Assembly: GCF_006345805.1 (NCBI RefSeq)
Contig: NC_043001.1
Coordinates: forward strand, 129,890,001-129,954,000
Origin: Octopus sinensis
Taxonomy: Eukaryota
Direction: 5' to 3'
Length of the DNA: 64,000 bases
The stretch's first letter is position 1. Every line of letters begins with the position of its first letter. Positions 24,446 to 37,628 of the stretch are shown in pieces. Position numbers and translations under genes: made by a program. Below the pieces are notes generated by a model that did not search any database, was not told the DNA's origin, and saw only the letters and a program-made list of their open reading frames with translations.

Positions 24446-24665
24446 TCCTTTAGCATTGAAATTTCTTTGTGAAATGTATTGCTTATTTACTCACAGTGTT
24501 TTGCATTAATCATGCATTATCTTGTAGATTCAAGGTTTCTTTGGTGTGTTTGTATATTTTTAGAATGATATTGCATGGTAGGTGTGAAAGGCTGGATCTG
24601 GCCAGTTTTAACATAAAACAAGTAAAATATTCGGGCTGGATACGGCTAGATTAAATGCTAAAGGG
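24446..24665. mobile_element. piggyBac-like MITE
   Basis: TTAG|TCCTTTAGCATT ... AATGCTAAAGGG|TTAA termini; a second partial copy lies in opposite orientation at 49652-49840. Confidence 0.6.
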
Positions 24666-24827
24666 TTAAAAGAAATTTAGCTGTTATTTCTAGCTGCTCA
24701 AACAACTACACAGAGGTTCTCTCCAGTTGTTTGTTGTGGCATTATTTACCTCAGGTCAGCTCTGATTTAACAGATTTATGATCAAAGGCATTCCAAGTCA
24801 TGACCATCCCATCTTTTTCATATATGT

Positions 24828-25211
24828 GGAAGCACTCCGTCGGTTTTGACGACGAGGGTTCCGGTTGATCTGAATCAACGGAACAGCCTGCTCGTGAAAT
24901 TAACGTGTAAGTGGCTGAGCACTCCACAGACACGTGTACCCTTAACATAGTTCTCGGGGATATTCAGCGTGACACAGAGAGTGACAAGGCCGGCCCTTTG
25001 AAATACAGGTACAACAGAAACAGGAAGTAAGAGTGAGAGAAAATTGTGGTGAAAGAGTACAGCAGGGATCACCACCATCCCCTGCCAGAACCTCGTGGAG
25101 CTTTAGGTGTTTTCGCTCAATAAACACTCACAACGCCCGGTCTGGGAATCGAAACCACGATCCTATGACCGCGAGTCCGCTGCCCTAACCACTGGGCCAT
25201 TGCGCCTCCAC
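24828..25211 (-). mobile_element. SINE family A, full length
   Basis: Reverse complement of the 38467 copy; TTTCATATAT-like TSD; inserted in an older repeat. Confidence 0.9.
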
Positions 25212-26252
25212 TTGTTTCATATATAATGTATCCAGAACTACTTAATCCTGGATATATGGCTCCTTCTCTTTTTAAGATAGCAAAGTGCAATTAAAAGAAG
25301 ATTGACTGCTATTGTTAGCTGGTTGAGCAACTTCTTTGTCTTCCATGAGTAACATACTGAGATAGAATCAATCAACTATATTCTTATTCCATCACCAAGA
25401 GAGTCTGTCAATTAATATTTGATTTAAACTGTCAGTGATTCTGTGACATTAACAAGTAGGTTATTTGGTTACAGTCACAAATGTTCATCTGTAAGTTTAC
25501 GTTACTGTAAGTTTACTGTATGGCTAAGAGGTTTGCTTTGCAACCACATGGATTCAGGTTCAATTCCACTGCACAGCACCTTGTACCAGTGTTTCACCAT
25601 CATTGTTTTAATTGTTCTGACGTCTACTTTTCTATGGGCCAGGTGGAATTTGTACAGGCAGATTTTCTATGGCTGGATGTTCTTCCCAAATGAGGAAATA
25701 TTTCCCCCATGGCTTGACATGTTTCCATGGGAGACTAAAAACAAGAGACACTGTTTGTATGACAGTGACACCTATTTATAACTATCATGGATGTCAAGAC
25801 AAGGACACATAAATATGATAAGCTTCTTTCAGTTTCCTATGACAAAATTCACTTGCAAGACTTTTGTTGACCAAAAGTTATGGTAGAAGACACTTGTCTA
25901 GGCTACCACACAGTGGAATTGAAACTAAAACCTGGTGATTGGAAGGTAAACTTTTTAACTACACAACTAGTCCATAATATATATATTTATATGTGTATAT
26001 CTGTACCAGTGTCTTTATTTATATTTATCAGTGAAATTTGGTTTTGCATTTCCATGTCAAAAATACTAACTTAGTGTTTCAATCAATAGAGATTGATAAA
26101 CTAAGTACCAGACTGAAAATGTACTGGAGTTGATATAATGCTTTGTTCTTTGGCATGGTCAAAGTTCAATGAATGAAATCAGTAAGAATAAAGGAATGTA
26201 AAAAGTTAGTATTCATTTTGTTAAGGACTATACAATAAGTACATGGATAGTA

Positions 26253-26817
26253 TTGGGTTGTCTGGTAAGTTCGTGCCGATTTATAGTAGCTTACCTTTCG
26301 ATTTATTTTAGAACATGGTTCAGTCCATAAAATAGGATTTGACTACACCTCCATTTAGAGCACAGTTTAAGCTATCTTTTCATGGAAGAAGGTTTATGTT
26401 CCTATAACCTGTGTTAATTCTGTAACCCTTTAAAATGGAAGATAAGAAAGTTCATTTTCGGCACTTGATGCTTTGGGAACCAGACAAAAATTGCTGCAGC
26501 TTGGCTGGGATGTGTTACCCCACCCTCCATATTCACCAGATATTGCTCCTTTGGATTTCCACTTATTCAGGTGTCTGCAGAATAGTCTTAATGGTAAAAA
26601 TTTCAATTCCTTGGATGACGTAAAAAGATACCTTGCTGAATTCTTTGCCATGAAACCACCTCAATTCTTGGAAGAGGGTATTTTCAAGTTAAAGGAAAGA
26701 TGGAGACGCATTGTGCAACAAAATGGTTCATATTTGGTTGATTAAAAATGTAATGGCAAGTATTTATTGACCTTTTCTTTCCATTAAAAATCGGCATGAA
26801 CTTTCCGGACAACCCAA
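26253..26817 (+). mobile_element. Mariner internal-deletion derivative (mellifera-subfamily-like)
   Basis: TA|TTGGGTTGTCTGGTAAGTTCGTGCCGATTT ... AAATCGGCATGAACTTTCCGGACAACCCAA|TA; N-terminus MEDKKVHFRHLMLWE joined to C-terminus GWDVLPHPPYSPDIAPLDFHLFR..ERWRRIVQQNGSY. Confidence 0.92.
26435..26745 (+). pseudogene. Mariner transposase remnant (most of the ORF, including the first two catalytic Asp motifs, deleted)
   Basis: Track ORFs 26435-26623 and 26473-26745; YSPDxAP motif. Confidence 0.85.
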
Positions 26818-28962
26818 TAGAAATACATATTGGTTTGGATACAGTATTGTATCTATATACATTATTTTTAATACTAATCCACAGGAGACCTTACTTATTA
26901 AAGCATTCATATATAAAGTAAAATCTCATAACATAAATGGAGCCTCCAGTTGGTCAGTAGAAGCAGGAAAGCCCTACCTGGTCATTAGACCTGCTATAGA
27001 ATAGTAGCTAAATCATTTTCATATCCTATCCTACCCCATTAAAAAAGAACAAATTTTATAATGTGCTCCAAGTTGTACTGTACCAATGAAAAAGTAAGGT
27101 GGTTAGAAATGGAAGTTATACCAGGCAAAAATGCTTTGTGGCATTTTGTTTATTTTAATGTTCTGAGCTCAAATGCCATCAGGGTCGACTTTGCCTTTCA
27201 TCCATTTGGGGGGTCTGTTAAATAAGTACCAGATAGATGAACACTGATACTTATGAGCATGGGAATCGATGTACAACTAGCCCCCTCCCTTGAACTTTGA
27301 GCCAAAATTTGAAACCAATATACTACAAAGTTACAGATATTTTTTAGAAAACATCTTCAATGTCTTAAATTACATTGGAAATTGAAATATACAGGCAGTC
27401 TACTCATTAGAAAAGTAGTCACAAAAAAGGTCAAATTACAGTGAGAAGAGTTATTTTGATAACAAAGCATTGGGCTAGTGGAAATATCTGAATATCAGTT
27501 AAATGAAAAAAATATATTACTTAAATTGTGTAAAAATATTTAGATATACTGTTTTGTGAATAGTTTGTCTTTTTCATTTATTTTACATTTATTTACTTTT
27601 TATTTTTTTATTTTTAAGGTGAAGAAAGGTGGGATTTAATGAACTAAGATATAATAAAATAGTCCATACTGCTACAAACTCCTGCAAGGTGATATAGATG
27701 AAAGGTTAGTAGTGCAAGTTGATGGAGCCAAAGATCATGGTGGGGTTGGAAGAGAGGACGAAAAATAATTAGAGAGCTGTAGAGCAGAGAATTAAAATCA
27801 TATCATCTGAGTAGATGGTTTGTGTGGTACGACCTTTAGTAATGAGATTTGATGTTAGCTAAGTGATGAACCAGGCTACTAGTAACAAAAGGAAGAGATG
27901 AGATATGATAAAATGCTCAAAGGAAAGGGATGGAGGAAAAGAAGAAATAGAAAGCATACTGGGAATTATACTAGTTGTGTGACTGAATAGTAGTAACAAT
28001 AGTATGAATTGAATGGATTGGTTAAAGAGCAGGAATCATAATTGCACAGAAAAGTCTAGCACGAAGATGAATACCAATTATCATTTCTGAGACTTCAGGC
28101 TATGGTCAAACAACTCTTCTTTAATATTCCTAATGCCTACTTTATTCTATCTACTCAAGCTCATTGTGAGAGAGAACTAAATAAGAAAGGTCTACTTTAG
28201 CCATTAGGGAGTGGGCGTTATCTATGATCTACTACTTGTATCATCCTTCATTGCCGATAACAATAATACTAACTCACTTCATCTCTTTTGTCAATGATGA
28301 AATCACACAATTTAAAACAGAAGCTTTGTGGTAGCAGTAGTGGGCACAGAGTTGCTTGCTGTTGGTGTTCTTTACCAGTTAACCAGACGTATAAAGACTT
28401 CATAATTATCAATAGTGTTAATGGGTTTTATGTGAATTTGAACAGATAGATCTATAGTGCCAGTAATAAACCGAGATTGGAAATGTACATGTAAGAATAG
28501 GTTAACAATGTTATTCACAATCACAAGATAATCTTATTCACATAAACATACCTTAGTAAGGTTTAAAAATAAAACAAAAATAAGAGGATGTTGTTATGGT
28601 GTTATGAAATTGGCATTTCTCATAGAAAAAGAGAAAAGATATTAGAAGAAAGAAAAAGAAAAAAAATGAGTTTGAATTGATAATTTAATGGAAATAGATT
28701 CAGAAGAGAGAGAATTATTGCATAATTTTTTACATCCATGTTATGTTGCAAAGGTTTAGTTTATCTCCCTAAAACTGATAAACTTCACATGGCAACAAAA
28801 AGGACAAGCCAGACCTCTGTCACTTAATTTTAGATTAATAAATGGTGTTCTATGTGGCAAATGAACCGTGTTGGCACTGGCAATAAACGCCCATGTTGAT
28901 GTGTCTTAACGTTAAAGAAAGCAAATGATCTTTTAATAAACAAATCAAGAACAAAAGATACA

Positions 28963-29586
28963 TATCTGATTTAGTATTACTTTTGTATTACAACTGGAAT
29001 AGGACAAAAAAAAAAAAGAAAAGAAAAATATTTCTGACATAATGAGAGGTTAATAGTTATACCTTTACCTCCCCAACTCTCTCTTTCCGTCCTCTCTCTG
29101 TCTCTGTTTCTCTCCCTCTCCTACTCCCCCTCTCTCTGCTAAGAAGGAAAAATATCTTTACTTCAAAACGTAATTGTTTAATGCTCTGTCTCTAAGCAGA
29201 AACTCATTCACACAAATATGCATGAGCACCACAATCCATTCCATAGACAACTCGGAAAAGAAAGATTCATGCTAACACTGAGAAAGAAGAAAAGCTGATT
29301 GATTGATCTGTTGGCTGATTGATTGTTTATTGATTGATTAGCTGTTACTCAAATGTCAAGTATGACACTTCTCTAAATTGAAGTATGAGGAGACAGCTAC
29401 ACAGACTGTACTCTCCCCACCGTTCTTGATGATAATTGTTGTTCTGGGTAAAACAGTATAACTTCTAAATATACCATATACAACACCATTATAGGTGAGT
29501 TGAAACATTAGACTAGGTAAAGGATGGAACACTCATGACCTTTGTCCTATTCCAGTTGTAATACAAAAGTAATACTAAATCAGATA
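28963..29586. repeat. Perfect 46-bp inverted repeat with a 532-bp spacer
   Basis: 28963-29008 is the exact reverse complement of 29541-29586. Confidence 0.9.
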
Positions 29587-30845
29587 AATCATAAGCTTTT
29601 ACAGGGCGTCTAAGATTGGTGCAAGAATGGTAGGAACTTATCTCTAGACTATAGACCAGGCCCAAATGACTGCAACAAAGTTGACTCTACTAATGGCACT
29701 CAAGTACCTTGCAGTGATGGTGTTATGATGGTAATGAAGTCCACTATCCAAAAACAGGAACCTATCTGATGGTCTACCACATATACTTACTTCCCACAAA
29801 TTTCCTTCACATGACTCAGGTCAATTCAATGGTATGATAGAAAACATTCCTCCAAAGTACTGTGCAGTGGCATTGGACCCCAAAAGCAGACATAGATAAA
29901 CCCAATTTCTTAACCATATAGCCATGACTGTACCCATATTTTTTCAAGGGTCAAGAATTCAAATCCACTGATAGGAGTACATTGTTTTTGGATAGCACAA
30001 TCAATTCTACATAACCTTAGTTCACATAACTATTAGAAATAAGTCCCACATTAATCTGATTTTGCTTTAGATCAGACTTCCTCAGATGGCTTGGTCTTCT
30101 TTACCATTAGATCTGGACTTCTGATGAGCTGTGTTTAATGGTTATTCTGCATTAAATTCAAAACAGATACAACACCTGTTACCAGACAGATATAATGGTT
30201 TCTCACTATCACCACAACCAAGTGCCACTACATCATTACCTAATCTGTTAGGAAAAGCGACCAAATTTCCTTTAACTTATACTTACGTAACTGTCTTTGA
30301 AAAAAAAAAAAAAGACACATTATATTATATAGTTCTGCATGTAGTATGTTTGAGGGGAAAACAGACATGGTCATGACATGAATGCCAAACAACAACAACT
30401 TTAAAAAATCACAAAAACAAATGAGTGAGCCTCTATGCAATCAACTACTCTGCTAGAAATAACAACTACTATTTTGGTGGCATAAATGGCTTATAGGCAT
30501 ATTAGATGCACCCCAATTTCAGCAGAACATATTTTTCAAAAATGTTTTTAATGCATTAAAGCTCAAAGGGATGGGGGTTTGACTTAGTGTAATGGACTGG
30601 GGGAATTTTTTTTTTTTTTGTGGGGAGGAGACATTTTTTAAGGGTAAAAATGTATTTCATATGCTGTCAAATATGGTAAATCTTCCTCAGAAACCAAACG
30701 AAAAAAATAAATAAAACGACATCTGATAATATTGCAGTAGAAACACAAGATATTTGGTAAAAAATGGCTTTGATCATAAATCAGATCAATGAGAGTTGAC
30801 CCTAGTTATACAGAAACAACAGGAACAACAATTTAAAAAGGATAC

Positions 30846-31181
30846 CGCTGCCTCGACTGGCTTCCATGTTGGTGGCACGTAAAAAGCACCATCCGAATCA
30901 TAGCCGAAGCCAGTGCCGCCTTGACTGGCTTCATTAAAATGCACCAATCCGACCGTGGCCGATGCCAGCCTCGCCTGGCACCAGTGCAGGTGGCACGTAA
31001 AAAGCACCCACTACACTCACAGAGTGGTTGGCATTAGGAAGGGCATCCAGCTGTAGAAACATTGCCAGATAAGACCGGAGCCTGGTGCAGCCTTCTGGCT
31101 TCCCAGATCCCCGGTCGAACCGTCCAACCCATGCTAGCATGGAGAACGGACGTTAAACGATGATGATGATGATGATGATGA
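30846..31181 (+). mobile_element. Retroposon family C
   Basis: Nearly identical to 9260-9594. Confidence 0.88.
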
Positions 31182-31733
31182 CAGTGAGTAAAACGTTAAT
31201 TCACAGATACATATGAAATCAAATGTCCAAAGATAATGAAGTCTCTAAGATAAATCCAGCTTTCTATTACTCAGCTACAGTAGAATAATAGATAAAAATT
31301 GAGAACACAAATTACAAAAACATTTTGGTAAATTATTACCGAAAAATATGTTTTACTTTTGTTTTTGTATGTTTTTTTTTTTAAATGGCTTAAGGTCAAT
31401 TTTGTAGGGATATAATTAGCTCAGTATACTCCTAACATTTATTTTATCAATTCCAGTGGAATGAAAGGCAAAGTTGACTTCAATAAGAACCATTCAACTG
31501 ATAATTATCTGTTTAATATAAACACTTTCATCGCATTTTCCTCCCTGTGGCAATCATGTTTAACACACTTTTTTTTTGTTATCTAAATCTGATGGTTGCT
31601 TGTATTTCTCACTCTCTTTCTCTCTCTTAAACAATTGATATTCAAAGACAACTCAGATACCCTACAAATATACTTTAATACAAATGACCCATGTGGTTGA
31701 TACTGTGTGTTGTAATTAACCTGGAAAAGGTAT

Positions 31734-31900
31734 ATATGAGGGGGGTGCTGAGAAGTTCCTGGCTTTAAGGGTATCATAAAAGGCCTAGTTGGAGGCCCAG
31801 CCTTCCAAGTTCTTTTATAGGGCCTAGAAAAACTGAAGGACTGCTGCAGTAAAAGTATGAATCTGAGAAAGGAAATAAAATCATAAAATAAAACCATGTC
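31734..31900 (+). mobile_element. Small mariner-like remnant
   Basis: TA|TGAGGGGGGTGCTGAGAAGTTCCTGGC TIR-like start; GLEKLKDCCSKSMNLRKE resembles a mariner C-terminus; right TIR not seen. Confidence 0.45.
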
Positions 31901-32133
31901 GAGAGTAAAGGAATTTTGTTAACATCTTCGTTCAACTCCATTCATTTATTTATTTATTCATATATAACACACAAATTTCTGCACATGAACCCGGAGTTTC
32001 TACCCTTGGACAGGTCGCTTCAACCGTGTTTCTGACGTGAATTTGCTACCCTGGTATCGGTTCATCGAATTTTCCATGTTGATGATAAACATAGGATAAT
32101 TCATTCTCCTATTGAAATATATATATATATATA

Positions 32134-32533
32134 CTAGCAGTATCGCCCGGCGTTGCTCGGGTTTGTAAGGGAAATAACTATATAAGCATTTTTAGAGAGT
32201 TATAGCCAAAAAATAGCAAAAAAAAATGCATTAAAAATGGATAAAAAATGATGGTAAATTTTTTTTTAAATCGTTGACACATCGTAGACATTTTTAGAGA
32301 GTTACTTCCCTTATATAATAGCGAAAAAATGCATTAAAATGGAAAAAAATGATGGTAAATTTTTTTTTAAATCGTAGACTCATCGTAGACGCGAGCTAAT
32401 ACCCAGAAGGGCTCAATATGAATCACGACTATAAGATACCCGGTTTTGGTTAAACTGCACTGCAAAATGTGGGAGTAGTTAGGAATCTAAATCGTAGGAG
32501 ACAGACACACAACTTCACTTTTATATATAAAGA
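32134..32533 (-). mobile_element. Non-autonomous Helitron (400 bp) inserted in a TA tract
   Basis: Minus A|TCTTTATATATAAAAG ... hairpin CCCGAGCAACGCCGGG..CTAG|T; internal ~100-bp tandem duplication. Confidence 0.8.
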
Positions 32534-33084
32534 TATATAGAAATGAAGGATAAATCCTTATGATTTGAAAATCACAGATGCCATATAGGCCTTTGTGATT
32601 TGAAAAAGGATTTATTAGGAAAGCAAAATCACTTTTAACCATCAGTAATCTATTTGAGACCTGTAAAAAGACAAGAAACAGAGGATAAACAACAACAACA
32701 AAAACAAAAGAAACAGAGCTATGTTGTAACCATAATTAACAGAAAAGAGCTGGTTTGCAAAGAAAATCTAGAAAAAAGAATACCAGAATCAAAGTTGTAG
32801 CATTCATTGTTGTATTCACGAGTAATACAATATTTTTATACCACCCACCCGTCTCCACTACAATCATTCATCTTGATAACATTGTTATTTTGTGGCATTA
32901 CAGGCATCATTTCATCAGTGGGTTTTTTTTGTATACAAGTGTCACAACTGTTCTCCCATCCACAAGCAGAAAATTTATTATGAGAAGAATACTGGTTTTA
33001 TATACTTTACCATATCTACAAGATGGTTCATTACTGTAGCAATTATAACATAGAACCGCACCCACCCACACACGCACACTCCTA

Positions 33085-33465
33085 TACTCTTTACTCTTTT
33101 ACTTGTTTCAGTCATTTGACTGTGGCCATGCTGGAGCACCACCTTTAATCGAGTAAATCGACCCTATTCTATCGGTCTCTTTTTGCTGAACCGCTAAGTA
33201 ATGGGGACGTAAACACACCAGCATCGGTTGTCAAGCGATGGTGGGGGGACAAACACAGACACACAAACATACATGTCTATATATATATATATACATATAT
33301 ACGACAGGCTTCTTTCAGTTTCCGTCTACCAAATCCACTCACAAGGCATTGGTCGGCCCGAGGCTATAGCAGAAGACACTTGCCCAAGATGCCATGCAGT
33401 GGGACTGAACCCGGAACCATGTGGTTGGTAAGCAAGCTACTTACCACATAGCCACTCCTGCGCCT
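33085..33465 (-). mobile_element. SINE family B
   Basis: Matches 5769-6198 with a small deletion. Confidence 0.88.
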
Positions 33466-33799
33466 ATATATGTATATGTAATGTGTAAATAGAAGACAAT
33501 TATGACAATGCCACAGGAACAATTTGATAAATTTCCACATCATTCTCTGACTTCCCAAATCATTACTTCCATTGCAACTCTTACAACACCTCCGTCAACA
33601 CCAAACCACGCTGATGAATGCAACCAAAAAAGGATTTCCAACACCAACATCACACTTCCCTCTATTCAACAACCCACTGCATCCAAAAACAAACTACCAT
33701 TCTGAGAAAAAAAAAAAAAGAAAAAGAAGAAAAAAACTTTTCCACCTTTCCTTTCTTCTTTACTTTGTATTAATCTACTTTGATTTTCATTTTGTTTAT

Positions 33800-33809
33800 C
33801 ATGATTATT

Positions 33810-33841
<32 letters not shown>

Positions 33842-33872
33842 GATTATTATTATTATTATTATCATCATTATC

Positions 33873-33926
<54 letters not shown>

Positions 33927-33930
33927 GTTA
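33800..33930. repeat. (TAT)/(CAT) microsatellite
   Basis: Directly visible. Confidence 0.9.
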
Positions 33931-35600
33931 TAGTTTATTCCCATATGGTTAAAAGATAGCTCCCAAATGGAGAGAGAGAACCATGTCTAAGTCTGAGGAA
34001 GCTGTGACATGTCACCAATGGACAGTGCTGTAAACACTGGCAGCTGACTCACATCTTAGGGGAGCCACTTTCAATTGGGAAACAATAATATAAACGAGAT
34101 AATCTGACAAGATTGTATTAAGCTGGCTGGCCTGCTGACATCTTTAGAGGCAGAACAAGCAGAAGAGACACAGTAAGATCCTGAATAACTTTGGGTGGAA
34201 GGAAAGACAAAAGAGAAAGACAGAAGGGGGAGAAAGGAAAAGGTGAAGGAGAAAGGAAAAGGTGAAGAAGAAAGGAAAAGAAGTGAAGAAGAAATTGCAG
34301 GAAAGGAGAGAAAAACGTGAAAATAGAAATGGATGGTAACTTTGTGTGTGTGTAAGAGAGAGAGAGAGAGAGAGAACGAGAGAAAGAGAGAGAGAGAGAG
34401 CGCGAGAGAGAGAGAGAGAGAACGAGAAAGATGAAGATGGAGAGATAGAAATATAAAAAAATAAGAGAAGAATAAAAACAGGAAGACGGAAGAGAGAGAA
34501 AATAGAGCAGATGTAATTTAGAAAGAAAGGATATATCTGTGGAAAGTATTGAAGAGCCAAAATGGTAACAAAATAAAGAAAGAAATAAATAAAAGTTGAA
34601 AAACAAAGTAAATTATAAAAAATATCCCCACAAATACCACAAGAAAAAAAATAAGAAAAAATGGCAACAGTAAAGGAGAGAATAGGAAATAATTGTGAAA
34701 AAATTATCACCATAGAATAGAGATATTATGTAAGAGATTGGGTGAGGGTTAGAAGGTGGAGTATGATGGGCAGGGAGGAGCTAAGGGACAGGCCCAAGGA
34801 AGAAGAAAAAGCTGTCAGCCATTGACAAAGAAGAGTAAGGTGTAGAATGTGAGGAAAGATGAGAGAAAGAGAGAGTAAGGAGACAAGACTAGAGAGGAGA
34901 GTGTAAGGGGAGAGTGAAAATCTACATTGGAATAGAGTTTGGGATGTAAATAAGTTAGATTAAAGTATGGAAAGGAGAGGAGTAAAGGGCAGAAGGAGAG
35001 AACTGTGTGGGAGAGTGAGTGAGTGGGAAGGTGAAGAGTTGAAGACATTGTACCGTATGACACAGAATAAGTAATACGTGTGAATTAATTGTTCTAATTA
35101 AGTGAAAAGTAACAGTGAAAATATTGTGGGGAGGAATTATGTTGATGACATGGTTTTGGGAGGAGAAGAACAGGGAAGTGCAAAGCCATGTCACAAAGGG
35201 GAGGAAGATGGGTAGGAAGAAAATAAAGTGGGAGGGAAAGGACTAGATAAATAAGAAAGACAGAGAGAAAATATAAATAATAATAATAAGAAGAATAATA
35301 ACGATAAAATATAGAAATAGACATTAAGAATAAACATGAAAAAAAAAAAAAAAAAAACAGTGCAAATATGGAAAATGTAGTTTTGTGGCAGTTTCTTAGG
35401 AACAATAAAGATAAAAGCCAAAATTACATTCCAAATAAATGAATAAAATAAATAAATAAAACACAATATTAAGATTTGGAAAGATGAATTATAACACTAC
35501 ATATATAATAGGATATATATAAAGTACAGTAACTAAAGATGGGACATCACACATGGATCATGTAAAGATCTAAATGATAGGATATTATTATTATTATTAT

Positions 35601-36805
35601 TAAGTGGTAAACTGGCACAATTGTAAGCATGCTGGATAAAATGCTTAGTAGCATTTCATCCATCTTTACATTCTGAGATCAAATTCTACCAAGGTCAACT
35701 TTGCTTTTCATCCTATTGGGGTCGATGAAATAAGTACCAGTTATGCACTGGGGTCAATGTAATCAACTAGCCCTCTTCCTCCCAATCCCAGGCCTATAGT
35801 AAAAAGGATTATTATTATTATCATATAAGGCAGTGATCTGGCAGAATCGTTAGCACACTGGACAAAATGCTTCATGGCATTTTGTCCGTCTTTGTTTTGA
35901 GTTCAAATTCCATTTAGATTGGCTTTGCCTTTCATCCTTTCGGGGTCAATAAATTAAGTACCAGTGAAACACTGGAGGTTAATGAAATTGACTAATTTCC
36001 TCCCCACAAGTTTCAGGCCTTGTGCCCTTTGTAGAAAGGATTATTATTATTATTATTATTATTATTATCATCATCATCATCATCATCATTTAAGACAGCA
36101 AACTGGTAAAAACGTTACATGACTGTAGGTGCAGGAATGGCTGTGTGGTAAGTACCTTGCTTACCAACCTTGTGGGTGGATTTGGTAGATGGAAAGTGAA
36201 AGAAGCCCATCGTATATATATATATATATATACGATGTATATATTTGTTTGTTTGTGTCTGGCCTCCCACCATTGCTTAACAACTGATGTTGGTGTGTTT
36301 ACATCCCTGTAAGCTAGCAGTTCAGCAAAAGAGACCAATAGAATAAGTACTAGGCTTACAAAGTGTAAGTCTTGGGATCAATTTGTTTGACTAAAGGCAG
36401 TGCTTCAGCATGGCTGCAGTCAAATGACTGAAACAAATAAACAATAAAAGAATATGCCAAGTAAAATGTTAAGCAGCATATCATCTGCTTTTATGTTCTG
36501 AGTTCGCGTTCTGCCGCAATTGACTTTATCTTTCACCCTTCCAGGGTTGATGAAATAAGTACCCCTCAAGTCCTAGTGTTGATGTAATCCCCCAAAATTT
36601 CAGGCCCTGAGTCTACAGTAGAAAGGATTATTATCATAGGTGCAGGTGTGCCTGTGTGGTAAGAAGCTTGCTTCCCAACCACATGGTTCCAGGTTCAGTC
36701 CCACTGCGTGGCACCTTAGGCAAGTGTCTTCTACTATAGCCTTGGGCCAACCAAACCCTTGTGAGTGGATTTGGTAGACAGAAACTGAAAGAAGCCCATT
36801 GTGCA
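35601..36805 (+). mobile_element. Same-strand SINE stack: D (35601-35810), D (35827-36040), B (36127-36452), D remainder (36455-36628), B 5' half (36638-36805)
   Basis: Family-diagnostic motifs as above, separated by ATT/ATC tracts. Confidence 0.78.
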
Positions 36806-37165
36806 TATATAAATATATATATGTATATATTTATGCATGTGCTTATGTCAGTATACAGTAATGAAAGGGTTAAACACTAGGCAGATTTTGAACAAAATTG
36901 TGTAGGCGTATTTATAAAACAATAGTGAAATCTTGAAATAAGCAGGATGAAAGTTTTCTGGACATGGTTAAGAATAAATAGTAGAAACTATAAATGTATG
37001 ACTTAATGGTTAAAAAACAACAAAAGATAAATATATACGATAAATAACCATATTAAGAAACGTAAAAAATGATTGTTAAAATTTGTTTATCATCAGCAGC
37101 AGGTGGTCTCTTACATATGGAAGTGATGCCTTAATAAACTAATGCTTCACAATGAAAATGTCCTA

Positions 37166-37628
37166 CATCATCATCATCATCGTTTAACGTCCGCTTTCCA
37201 TGCTAGCATGGGTTGGCCGGTTCAACTGGGGTCTGGGAAGCCAGAAGGCTGCACCAGGCCAGTCAGGTCTGGCAGTGTTTCTACAGCTGGATGCCCTTCC
37301 TAACGCCAACCACTCCGAGAGTGTAGTGGGTGATTTTATGTGCCACCAACACACGTGCCAGACGACACTGGCAGACAGCCACGCTCGGATGGTGTTTTTT
37401 ATGTGCCACCGACACAGGTGCCAGACGAGACTGGCAGACGGCCACGCTCGGATGGTGTTTTTTATGTGCCACCGACACAGGTGCCAGACAAGACTGGCAG
37501 ACGGCCACGCTCGGATGGTGTTTTTTATGTGCCACCGACACAGGTGCCAGATGAGGCTGGCAGACGGCCATGCTCGGATGGTGTTTTCGGTGTTTTCTTA
37601 TGTGCCACTGACACAGGTGCCAGACGAG
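37166..37628 (-). mobile_element. Retroposon family C with about 5 near-identical ~60-bp units
   Basis: ATGTGCCACCGACACAGGTGCCAGACGAGACTGGCAGACGGCCACGCTCGGATGGTGTTTTTT repeated over 37338-37628. Confidence 0.9.

Noticed and set aside
28076-28125. IIISETSGYGQTTLL, similar to a P-loop (Polinton ATPase?)
   Set aside because: Key G/K residues are absent and there is no further similarity
31987-32075. Minus-strand CGATGA..TACC..GGTAGAAACTCCGGGTTC hammerhead-like motif
   Set aside because: The CUGA box is broken and stem I is not evident; at most a decayed repeat
34140-34720. Long purine-rich tract giving F/S/L-rich ORFs (pyrimidine-rich counterpart at 20050-20700)
   Set aside because: Low-complexity strand bias explains the open frames
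37338-37628. CRISPR-like appearance of the 60-bp arrays (also the 44850 minisatellite)
   Set aside because: No unique spacers, no cas genes and a eukaryotic context; the units are plain tandem repeats
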